DNA from: the human T2T-CHM13v2.0 reference genome, Homo sapiens
DNA: 64,000 nt
Reading direction: 5' to 3' (one strand)
Assembly: GCF_009914755.1 (NCBI RefSeq)
Contig: NC_060940.1
A model generated the notes under the pieces. It was not told where the DNA came from and did not search any database. It saw only the letters and a program-made list of their open reading frames with translations. Within the stretch, counting starts at the first letter, position 1, and each line of letters begins with the position of its first letter. The position numbers and the translations under genes were made by a program. Shown here one piece after another: positions 53,022-64,000 of this stretch.

Positions 53022-53697
53022 ATTTTTCCTCACGAGAGCTCCTACCCTCACCACCACCAGCTCCTGGGAAAACCTTGGAGAACTTCAGTCCTTTGGAAGT
53101 TTAGAAGGATCTGATTGGAGTTTGGGTGCAGGGCTCTTCCCTGGGGACAGAGGCAGCAGAGAGGCCTGGGTAGCCCCCAAAGCCTGTACTCGACACCCTG
53201 CTCCCCAGGAGGATGGGGGTCCCAGGCCCCCCAAGGTCAGGCCGTTCCAATTACCCAGCCACCCACCATATTCCCCAAGAGGCAATTTGATCTTTAAACT
53301 GAAAACTCTCAGAAACAGTATCACCCCCAGGCCCTTGCCCCTCACGTCTCCAATCCTGTCCACTGAGGTCATTTGGCTCCTTGTGTCCCACCCTCAGACA
53401 ATGTGTCTGCCCCCCAGCCTCCTCCACAGAAAAAGGCCCTGGAAGGGATGGGCTACCCAGCTCCCTGAGCTCCTGGCTCGGGGTTCCCTGCCCTGGGGGT
53501 GGGCACAGTTGGGAAATGCAGCCTGCACAGGTGTGTTCAGGTGGCCGGTGATATGTCACCCCCGCGGCCTAGACTTCAGTCCTGCGTCTGTCGTGAGGAG
53601 TAGGAAGTGGGGAGAGCAGCCCAGAGGCCAGGAGCTCGGAAGCCCCCAGGTCCCAGTGGCCGCCCTGACTGCCTGGCCTCTCCCCGGCAAACTCCAG

Positions 53698-53830
53698 GCA
53701 CAATGACCTCCCCTGGCAGCTGCTGGATATGTTCAACAACCGGCTGCAGGACGAGAGGGCCAACCTGACCACCTTGGCCGGCACACACACCAACATCCCC
53801 AAGCTGAGGGCCGGCTTTGTGGGAGGCCAG
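53698..53830 (+). CDS. DPEP1: DPEP1 exon (G)HNDLPW...GFVGGQ with Zn ligands His36 and Asp38
   Basis: DGHND M19 peptidase motif across the junction; ctccag acceptor, CAG|gtaccg donor. Confidence 0.97.
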
Positions 53831-54053
53831 GTACCGCCTGCCCTGCCTTGTGCTTGCCCTGTGTGGGGTCATCCCGTCTCCTACCTCAGGCCTGGCTACA
53901 GTGGGACCATCCCTGTGGTGTTCCTCCAGGGTCCCTCGGTGCCCAGGCCGAGGGAGGGCTTCCCAGCGGGTGGGAAACCAGACTCCCACAGGCATGCGGG
54001 GGGTGGGCTGAGACCTGGCTGCATCAGCTCCTGGCACCCCCTGCGGCCCACAG

Positions 54054-54186
54054 TTCTGGTCCGTGTACACGCCCTGCGACACCCAGAACAAAGACGCCGT
54101 GCGGAGGACGCTGGAGCAGATGGACGTGGTCCACCGCATGTGCCGGATGTACCCGGAGACCTTCCTGTATGTCACCAGCAGTGCAG
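54054..54186 (+). CDS. DPEP1: DPEP1 exon FWSVYTPCD...VTSSA
   Basis: cacag acceptor, CAG|gtgggg donor; phases consistent. Confidence 0.96.
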
Positions 54187-54322
54187 GTGGGGTCCTGACC
54201 TGGGTCCTCCAGGTCCTGCGTCTTCTCACCCAGCCCTCATCCTGAGCAGCAGGTGCCGGTCAGGACACCTCACCCTCCAGATACCAGGTGCCCACTCCCC
54301 TGCACCCTGACTCTCCCCGCAG

Positions 54323-54473
54323 GCATTCGGCAGGCCTTCCGGGAAGGGAAGGTGGCCAGCCTGATCGGCGTGGAGGGCGGCCACTCCATTGACAGCAGTT
54401 TGGGCGTCCTGCGGGCACTCTATCAGCTGGGCATGCGGTACCTGACCCTCACCCACAGCTGCAACACGCCCTG
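54323..54473 (+). CDS. DPEP1: DPEP1 exon ...SLIGVEGGH...[11 protein letters not shown] (Glu141)
   Basis: Renal dipeptidase signature; cgcag acceptor, TG|gtgcgt donor. Confidence 0.97.
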
Positions 54474-54655
54474 GTGCGTGACTCCCCATGGGAGGCCCCC
54501 GGGCTGTGGTCAGGAGGGAGGGGGCAGACACTCCCTGCCACCCTCCAGAGCCCATCCCCTCTGCCTGTGAGTCCCAGGCCGGGCCTCGCCTGCTGGGCTG
54601 ATGGGAGGCCGAGACCACCGCTCACCTCTTGGGCACCTGCCTTTTGCTTCTCCAG

Positions 54656-54725
54656 GGCTGACAACTGGCTGGTGGACACGGGAGACAGCGAGCCCCAGAG
54701 CCAAGGCTTGTCACCCTTTGGGCAG
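54656..54725 (+). CDS. DPEP1: DPEP1 exon (W)ADNWLV...GLSPFGQ
   Basis: ctccag acceptor, CAG|gtgagt donor. Confidence 0.96.
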
Positions 54726-54993
54726 GTGAGTGGGGTGGGAGCGGCCAGTCACCCCCGAGGAGAAGGCAGAGGCCCTGGAGGGTGACCAGAACAATGCATC
54801 TCCTCACGTGGGACCTCAGTGTCCTTGTCTGTAAAATGGAGCTGGCAGCCATCCCCCCAGGGTGGGTGCTGAGCCCTGAGTGGCCCCGGACTTCCAGCCA
54901 CGAAGGATGATGACTCACATCTGGTCCAGCCCGTCCACCTCCGCAGCCCCGACCCTGGGGGCTGTGAGGGTGGACGGAGCCCTGTCTTCCCAG

Positions 54994-55170
54994 CGTGTGG
55001 TGAAGGAGCTGAACCGTCTGGGGGTCCTCATCGACTTGGCTCACGTGTCTGTGGCCACCATGAAGGCCACCCTGCAGCTGTCCAGAGCCCCGGTCATCTT
55101 CAGCCACTCCTCGGCCTACAGCGTGTGCGCAAGCCGGCGCAACGTGCCTGACGACGTCCTGAGGCTGGTG
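54994..55170 (+). CDS. DPEP1: DPEP1 exon [10 protein letters not shown]...DLAH...FSHS...RNVPDD (His214, His235)
   Basis: M19 motifs; cccag acceptor, GTG|gtgagg donor. Confidence 0.97.
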
Positions 55171-55257
55171 GTGAGGGCCGAGGGGGCGACCTCCACCCCG
55201 CCTCCCTGGGCAGGCCCTCCCAGCTCTCAGCTTCACCCTGTCTTCCTTCTTGTGCAG

Positions 55258-55342
55258 AAACAGACAGACAGCCTGGTGATGGTGAACTTCTACAACAATT
55301 ACATTTCCTGCACCAACAAGGCCAACCTGTCCCAAGTGGCCG
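55258..55342 (+). CDS. DPEP1: DPEP1 exon [12 protein letters not shown]...SQVA
   Basis: gtgcag acceptor, G|gtaggt donor. Confidence 0.95.
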
Positions 55343-55421
55343 GTAGGTGGGGTGTGAGCGGCCAAGGGGGCCGAAGGGGGAGGGCCTCACTCGGGACCCA
55401 TACCTGCTGCTCCCTGGACAG

Positions 55422-55497
55422 ACCATCTGGATCACATCAAGGAGGTGGCAGGAGCCAGAGCCGTGGGTTTTGGTGGGGACTTTGATGGTGTTCCAAG
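55422..55497 (+). CDS. DPEP1: DPEP1 exon (D)HLDHIK...GGDFDGVP
   Basis: GGDFDG motif; gacag acceptor, AG|gtaagg donor. Confidence 0.96.
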
Positions 55498-55625
55498 GTA
55501 AGGGGCTGAGAGCTCTGTCCTGTGGATGAGCCGGGAGGTTCATGGCCTCGTCAGAGGGATGAGGTGGCTGGAGGAGGGACCTGTGTCCTAGTGTGGGGGC
55601 CCAGGTTCTCCTGGCCTCAACACAG

Positions 55626-55761
55626 GGTCCCTGAGGGGCTGGAGGACGTCTCCAAGTATCCAGACCTGATCGCTGAGCTGCTCAGGAGGAACTGGACGGA
55701 GGCGGAGGTCAAGGGCGCACTGGCTGACAACCTGCTGAGGGTCTTCGAGGCTGTGGAACAG
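55626..55761 (+). CDS. DPEP1: DPEP1 exon [12 protein letters not shown]...[11 protein letters not shown]
   Basis: cacag acceptor, CAG|gtgagg donor. Confidence 0.96.
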
Positions 55762-55841
55762 GTGAGGATGGGGTGGCCACCTGAGTCTCCCCCACCACCA
55801 CCAGCAGGCAGGCTGCCCCACCCGTGTCTGTCTGTCCCCAG

Positions 55842-56012
55842 GCCAGCAACCTCACACAGGCTCCCGAGGAGGAGCCCATCCCGCTGGACCAGCTGGGTGG
55901 CTCCTGCAGGACCCATTACGGCTACTCCTCTGGGGCTTCCAGCCTCCATCGCCACTGGGGGCTCCTGCTGGCCTCCCTCGCTCCCCTGGTCCTCTGTCTG
56001 TCTCTCCTGTGA
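55842..56012 (+). CDS. DPEP1: DPEP1 last exon with dimer Cys377, GPI omega Ser385 and hydrophobic tail
   Basis: ccccag acceptor; the spliced exons sum to 411 aa; ends ...VLCLSLL*. Confidence 0.96.
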   Translation, partial: ASNLTQAPEEEPIPLDQLGGSCRTHYGYSSGASSLHRHWGLLLASLAPLVLCLSLL

Positions 56013-56200
56013 AACCTGGGAGACCAGAGTCCCCTTTAGGGTTCCCGGAGCTCCGGGAAGACCCGCCCATCCCAGGACTCCAGATGCCAGGAGCCCTGCT
56101 GCCCACATGCAAGGACCAGCATCTCCTGAGAGGACGCCTGGGCTTACCTGGGGGGCAGGATGCCTGGGGACAGTTCAGGACACACACACAGTAGGCCCGC

Positions 56201-56206
56201 AATAAA
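56201..56206 (+). terminator. DPEP1: DPEP1 poly(A) signal
   Basis: AATAAA about 190 nt after the stop. Confidence 0.88.
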
Positions 56207-56437
56207 AGCAACACCCCTTCACATCCTGGGGTACGTGTCATCGGCATCCGGCTCAGGAGGTGGGGTGTTTTGTGAAAATGGCTCCTGGTTGGACGTGGGG
56301 CACTCCTGTGATCCTGGATCGAGTCTTCGGTCCAGGCCAGAAGGGCTCAGGAGGTGTGAAAAGGGCTTTGTAGAGACACTGCTTGAGCGTCTTTAGGGAC
56401 AGTCTAGGCTCCAGTAGTCACCTCCAGCCATGCACCG

Positions 56438-57412
56438 GTGCACACACCCCACCCCTGCACACACACACACACCCCACCCCTGCACACACACACACACACC
56501 GCACCCCTGCACACACACACACCGCACCCCTGCACACACACACACCCCATCCCTGCACGCACACACCCCACCCCTGCACGCACACCCCCCACCCCTGCAC
56601 ACACACACCCCACCCCTGCACACACACACATACCCCACCCCTGCACACACACACACACCCCACCCCTGCACACACACACACCCCACCCCTGCACACACAC
56701 ACACACCGCACCCCTGCACACACACACATACCCCACCCCTGCACACACACACACCGCACCCCTGCACACACACACCCCACCCCTGCACACACACACACAC
56801 CGCACCCCTGCACGCACACACCCCCCACCCCTGCACGCACACACCCACCGCACCCCTGCACACACACACCCCATTCCTGCACACACACACCCCCACCCCT
56901 GCACATTCACATCCCACCCCTGCACACACCCTCATCCTTGCACACACACACCCCATCCCTGCACGCACACACACCCCACCCCTGCACACACCCCCACCCC
57001 TGCACGCACACACCGCACCCCTGCACGCACACACCGCACCCCTGCACACACACCCCCACCCCTGCACGCACACACCCCACCCCTGCACACCCCACCCCTG
57101 CACACACAACCCATCCCTGCTCACATACCCCACCCCTGCACACACCTCACCCCTGCACACACCCCACCCCTGCACACACCCCCACCCCTGCACACACCCC
57201 CACCCCTACACACCACCCCTGCACACACACAACCCTGTGCACACCCCACCCCTGCACACGCACACCCCTGCACATTCACATCCCACCCCTGCACACACCC
57301 TCATCCTTGCACACACACCCCCACCTCTGCACACACACACACCCCACACCCTGCACACACCCCACAACCCTGCACGAGCAACCCCACCCCTGCACGCACA
57401 CCCCCTGCACCT
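56438..57412. repeat. (CACCCCTGCAC[AC]n) minisatellite, roughly 45 units
   Basis: Seen directly; CA spacer of variable length. Confidence 0.95.
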
Positions 57413-57431
57413 GCTCATTCTGATTCTGTAA

Positions 57432-57767
<336 letters not shown>

Positions 57768-58337
57768 CCTCTTTTGGTAAATGGGGAGGCAGGGTCTGCA
57801 TCGGCGTGGCCCCCAGGCTCCCTCCCACTGTGGGCAGCAGAACCAGGCCGACCACAGGGACAGACGTGGTCCAGGCGTGAGCTGCCCAGCACCAGGTCCT
57901 CCTAGGTGGAGCTTGGGGCTCAGTGCCTTCCCATATGGGCCTCCAAGGGTTCGTCTTGAGATGCACACAGGGCAGGACAGGACCCCCCACGCTGCTGCTG
58001 CCCCACCCTGGAGGGCCCTGGGGGTGAGGGGACTGCCCTCACAGCCCCCACAGGCTCTGTAGTTCTCCCTCAGCTTCCGTTAGGAAGTGGGAAGCCACTG
58101 GGCCCAGGTCACTTCCAGATCTGACTTGGCAGGGAGAAGGCTGGGTGGAGGTGGCCACAGCATCGGAGGTGCAGGCAGGGTCCCTGGGAGCTGCTGGGAG
58201 GCTTCACTACCCACTAGCCAAGCCTTGGCTGGAGGCCCTGAGTCGAGGAGCAGGGGGCTCCGGGGTCCATGCCCTTCCATGGAGCAGCAGCCCCTGCAGG
58301 CGGCTCTGAAGCCTCCAGAAGGGACGCGTCCTGATCT

Positions 58338-58450
58338 TCCAGGATGCACTTATCAATAATCGTTCTGTCTGTTTCCCTCCCAGCCTGGCTGCTGATCATC
58401 CAGGATCCACTTATCAATAATCATCCTGTCTGTTCCCCTCCCAGCCTGGC
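58338..58450. repeat. About 61-bp tandem duplication
   Basis: TCCAGGAT(G/C)CACTTATCAATAATC...CCCTCCCAGCCTGGC occurs twice. Confidence 0.85.
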
Positions 58451-58529
58451 GTTTTCCGTCTGGGATTGGAGACTCGGGGGGTCCCTGGTGGGCTGCAAGG
58501 GTATTAGGCCTAATTTTATTAACAGTATT

Positions 58530-59456
58530 TGTAGGGTCCTACAGGGTCTGTAGGTTTTTCTCCTCGTGTACGGAGACGAGCGATCATAGAAATAAAGACA
58601 CAAGACAAAGAGAAGAAAAGACAGCTGGGCCCAGGGGACCACTACCACCTGGACGCGGAGACCGGTAGTGGCCCCGAATGCCTGGCTGCACTGTTATTTA
58701 TTGGATACGAGGCAAAAGGGGCAGGGTCAGGAGTGTGAGCCATCTCCAGTGATTGATAAGGTCACGCGAGTCACGTGTCCACTGGACAGGGGGCCCTTCC
58801 CTGTTTGGCAGCCGAGGCGGAGAGAGAGAGAGGACAGCTTACGCCATTATTTCTTCTATGCATTTCAAAGACTTTAGTACTTTCACTAATTCTGCTACTG
58901 CTGTCTAGAAGGCAGAGCCAGGCGTACTGGGTGGAACATGAAGGCGGACTGGGAGCGTGACCGCTGAAACACAGCATCACAGGGAGACGGTTAGGCCTCC
59001 GGAGGGCTGCGGGGGGGGTTGACTGATGTCAGACCTTCCACAAGAGATGGTGGAGCAGAGTCTTTTCTAACGCGCCCCCGGGGAAAGGGAGATTCCCTTT
59101 CCGGCTCTGCTAAGTAACGGGTGCCTTCCCCAGGCACTGACGTGACCGCTAGACCAAGGAGCCCTCTAGTGGCCCTGTCCGGGCGTAACGGGGGCTCACG
59201 CTCATCTTGTGGTCGCTTCTCACGGTGCCCCTTCAGCTCCTGTCTCTGTATGGCCTGGTTTGTCCTAGGTTATAATTGTAGAGCAAGGATTATTATAATA
59301 TTGGAATAAAGAGTAATGCCACAAACTGATGATTAGTAACATATATTATCTATAATCTATTTCTAGTATAACTATTCTTATATTTTTTTTTATTATACTG
59401 GAGCATCTCACGCCCTCAGTCTCTTGCCTTGGCACCTGGGTGGCTTGCCGCCCACA
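58530..59456 (-). mobile_element. Solo LTR13 (HERV-K HML-4)
   Basis: Minus strand TGTGGGCGGCAAGCCACCCAGGTGCC...ACCCTACA; perfect 6-bp TSD AGTATT (58524-29 and 59457-62). Confidence 0.9.
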
Positions 59457-60069
59457 AGTATTTTCTCATGAGAAGAGCTTTAATCCTAGTCTGAAAATAA
59501 TCCTAACTGCATTAAATTCACACCAAAGTGTCCAGAAAGACGGCACCTTAACTGGCATCCCAGGAATGCACCTGCTTCCCAGAGTCCTTCCCACGAGCCG
59601 GTCATTGTTCACGCATCCTGAGTTCCAGCCTCAGGCTGGAAACAGACCTTTCCAGAGGAGGTTGGGAAGGAGCGCACCCAACCCTAGAGAGCTGGGAATT
59701 CCGGCAAGAGGTGACATGGAGGTGGGTGAGGGGGCTGGGGCCTCCCCATGGTGCAGACCCCCATCCTGGGGTGCAGGCAGACCCCAAGCTCCACCCCTCT
59801 GGGCCCTCTCTCTCTGGGAAGCCCCCCGAGCTTTGTGGACCGTGAGGATGTGGGAGGCGTGCCAGGGAGCGACGGGGCTGGCTCTGTGGCTGGAGCTGAG
59901 GGGAGGGACGCAACCCCTCCCACTCTACATCCACATCCACAGTGACGCTTCACCCCCAAAAAATAATGAAGACCTATCAGGATGGCGGCACCTTAATTAC
60001 TACTGGAATTAAAAACAGTGGCTCTACCATGTAATAGCCACTGTGAAAGGGTGGGGGCAGTGCTTAGAG

Positions 60070-61689
<1,620 letters not shown>

Positions 61690-62224
61690 TCACAAAGTCA
61701 CCAGCACCGAGACACAGGGACACCACGCCCCTGCCACCGAGCAGTCATGAAGACCCCAGTGCATCGTGGGAAAACCGCACCCCCCCAAGCTGAGGAGCAT
61801 TCTGCAAAATAGCAGCCAGCAGGTTTCAAACCATTCAGGTCATGAAGAAAACCGGGGAACCCTCCCAGATTGGAGGCGGCAGCACAAGGACGTGCAGCAG
61901 GGACGTCAGACCAGAGACCGTCAGGAGCACCACAGTGCCCATCAGACCAGAGGCTCAGGGGGACCACGGTGCCCAGCAAGCATCCTGGTTTGGCCGAGGT
62001 GCACAGAGACCATGTACTGTGCAACTGTTAGGCAAGTTTTAAATTATTTCAAAGTAAGCAGAGAACTGAACATGGGAGATTGTCGGTTTGGATGGGGCCC
62101 GAGAATGAGCATAGCCATCTGCCCAGCCCCTAGCAGTGAACACTCCAGGAACCCCTCCTCAGCTTGGGGGAGATGGCCACATCCAGGGGCTCACCCAAGG
62201 CTCCAAAGCAAAGCTTGAGAAAGT

Positions 62225-63854
62225 TTCCAGGGATCCATTTGTTTATTTACAACAGCATTCTAGGAGAAAGGTGAATGGGCCCCTCTCCTCAGTGCCCAAG
62301 GGGACAGGACTGAGGCAGCCCCACCTGGCCCATGGCTCTGCAGAGCTCTGCACCCTCCCCAAGGCTGTTACCCACGATGGACAGAAGGACGTTCTCTCAA
62401 CACCAGGGTTGATTTTGGGGAGGCTGGAGGGAACCACGTCTAGGACCTACCAACACTAGCCCCTCCCTGGGGGCTCCCAAGTTCTGAAAAGAAAACCAAA
62501 CGCAGTGAGCCCACGTCAGGGTCTCCACGTTCCTGCACGTAACACCCACGACACCACTGCAGCCTCAGCATGGGCTGCACGGGGTGGGCAGGACTGAGGA
62601 GGGGAGGGCAGGACTGAAGAGGGGCGGGGACCCGCACTCCCTGCCAGCCGCCCACCACCTGCCTTTTCTACTTTGGCAAAAACAAAAACAAAACCTGGAA
62701 GCCTCAAGACAATGAAGTAAACTTTAGGAAATGGAAAAGACAGCAGGCTGTGCCCAAAGCCTCTCTCAGCCTCCCAGCAAGTCCTTCCCAAGAGCTGCTG
62801 GTGACTCTCCAGGGCCACAATGGCAGGTTTTCCTCACAGCAGCCCCAACCCCAGCCCAGCTGAAGACGGCTCTCCTGAGCTCCCTTCATCAGCTGCCTTG
62901 GCTTCCAAGCTGGGAAGGCATTGGGGTGTGGTCGGGGAAGGCACCCAGTTGTTTACAGATGGTAGAGGGTGACACAGGCAGCATCGTCATGAAGCAGGGC
63001 CCCAAGGAAAGGTCCTCCGGGAGAACCAGGCTGCCCAAGGGGAGGAGCTGCAGACGCACCCGCTGGGACCGCAGCCTGCTGGTGGACAGGCTCCCTGTCG
63101 AGGAGACAAACAGCACAGCACATGTGGCCAAAGGCACCTCCAGAGGCAGCAGCTGAGTGAGGATGAAGACTGCAGGGTGGGCACACTTGAATGTGGATCT
63201 GAGTGACGGTTCTGTCCCCATGGACTGGGCAGCTTTGGGAACTGAGGGAAGTGAGGGAGCGCAGGAGGCCAGGGGGCTCAGCCAGCTGGTAGGGGCGGCC
63301 GAGACACCACCCCTGGAGTGATGGAGGAGGAGGATGTCATTGTAAATACCACCAGGACAGCGTTGGGTGGCACCTGACATCCCCCAGCACACATAGACCT
63401 GTGGTGCCTCCTTGGGCTATGTCTGTCCACATGGTGGGACCTCCTGCCCGCTGAGGTGGTGCGGAGAGGCCTCAGGGAGTTGTTTGGCAACAGGGCAGCC
63501 CTGACCCCCTCTGGCTGATGGGAAGCAGCATGTCTGCTGCCCCAGAGTCTGAAGGCCCCCACAGTGCTGGGTGAAAGTCCACAGGGCCCCTCTTGGCCTC
63601 CCCGCTGTGGGCCCAGAGTCACAGAAATCACCCCCAGAAATTTGCAGAAACTCAACACCAGGACACAGACCCACCGCCCAACCTAAAAGAACAGGAACAA
63701 CCCTAAGGCCACGCAGGCCTGGCAGGTGAGAGACGCAGAGTGGCTGCCGGCCGCAGCCCCGCGGGGTCAGCACAAAGGCAAGACGCGGTGGGGAGAGGAC
63801 AGGAGCCTTCCAGCACATCACGGGGCAGAGGCGGTGCACACCGGCGGGGCACGG
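62225..63854 (-). other. CHMP1A: CHMP1A 3'UTR
   Basis: Repeat-free sequence between the stop codon and the poly(A) signal. Confidence 0.75.
62242..62247 (-). terminator. CHMP1A: CHMP1A poly(A) signal
   Basis: TTTATT on + (AATAAA on -), about 1.6 kb downstream of the CHMP1A stop. Confidence 0.75.
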
Positions 63855-63876
63855 CTAGTTCCTCAAGGCGGCCAAC
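63855..63876 (-). CDS. CHMP1A: CHMP1A (ESCRT-III) last coding segment (R)LAALRN*
   Basis: Minus strand ctgac...ttggtttccag|G TTG GCC GCC TTG AGG AAC TAG; end of the MIM1 motif of CHMP1A. Confidence 0.88.
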
Positions 63877-64000
63877 CTGGAAACCAACAACAGGACTCGG
63901 GTCAGGGCAGGGGAAGGGGGCCTCTGACCACCACGTGCTCCCAGCACAGGTGACCCTTTTCCTCCTCAGTGTCCTGAGATAACATGAGTGACAGGCCTTG

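Noticed and set aside
51758-53706. K/E/G/R-rich and P/F/S-rich ORFs of 370-597 aa
   Set aside because: A pure purine or pyrimidine tract cannot contain stop codons.

Overview
Human (primate) genomic DNA: GC-rich, Alu-dense and minisatellite-dense, recognisable as 16q24.3. On the + strand it carries the last 8 coding exons and poly(A) signal of CPNE7 (copine-7, 667-10861) and the complete DPEP1 gene. DPEP1 has two candidate non-coding first exons, ending at 29259 and 38243, and 10 coding exons at 47877-56012 that splice to 411 aa. On the - strand it carries the terminal exon and 3'UTR of CHMP1A (about 62225-63876). Between and within the genes are about 45 Alus (several nested), four solo ERV LTRs with target-site duplications (MER9, LTR6, LTR3, LTR13), MaLR/MER51/MER2 relics, about 15 tandem repeats and a 1030-nt pure pyrimidine tract. 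The main non-obvious finding is a decayed first coding exon of a cytosolic sulfotransferase on the - strand at 20843-20989 (…FQSQDTDVHLVTLPKS-G|gtaag), where rodents carry Sult5a1; it is probably a unitary pseudogene relic. A possible inverted exon-2 remnant lies inside a segment flanked by an inverted duplication. Other candidates: a 4-nt acceptor shift in DPEP1 that would toggle between a uORF and an in-frame N-terminal extension, an 11-bp-phased array of ETS cores, tandem repeats born at CPNE7 splice sites, and a dual-frame CHMP1A last exon. Almost all long ORFs in the supplied track are repeat-derived artefacts. Repeat family names and ortholog comparisons are from memory and were not searched.
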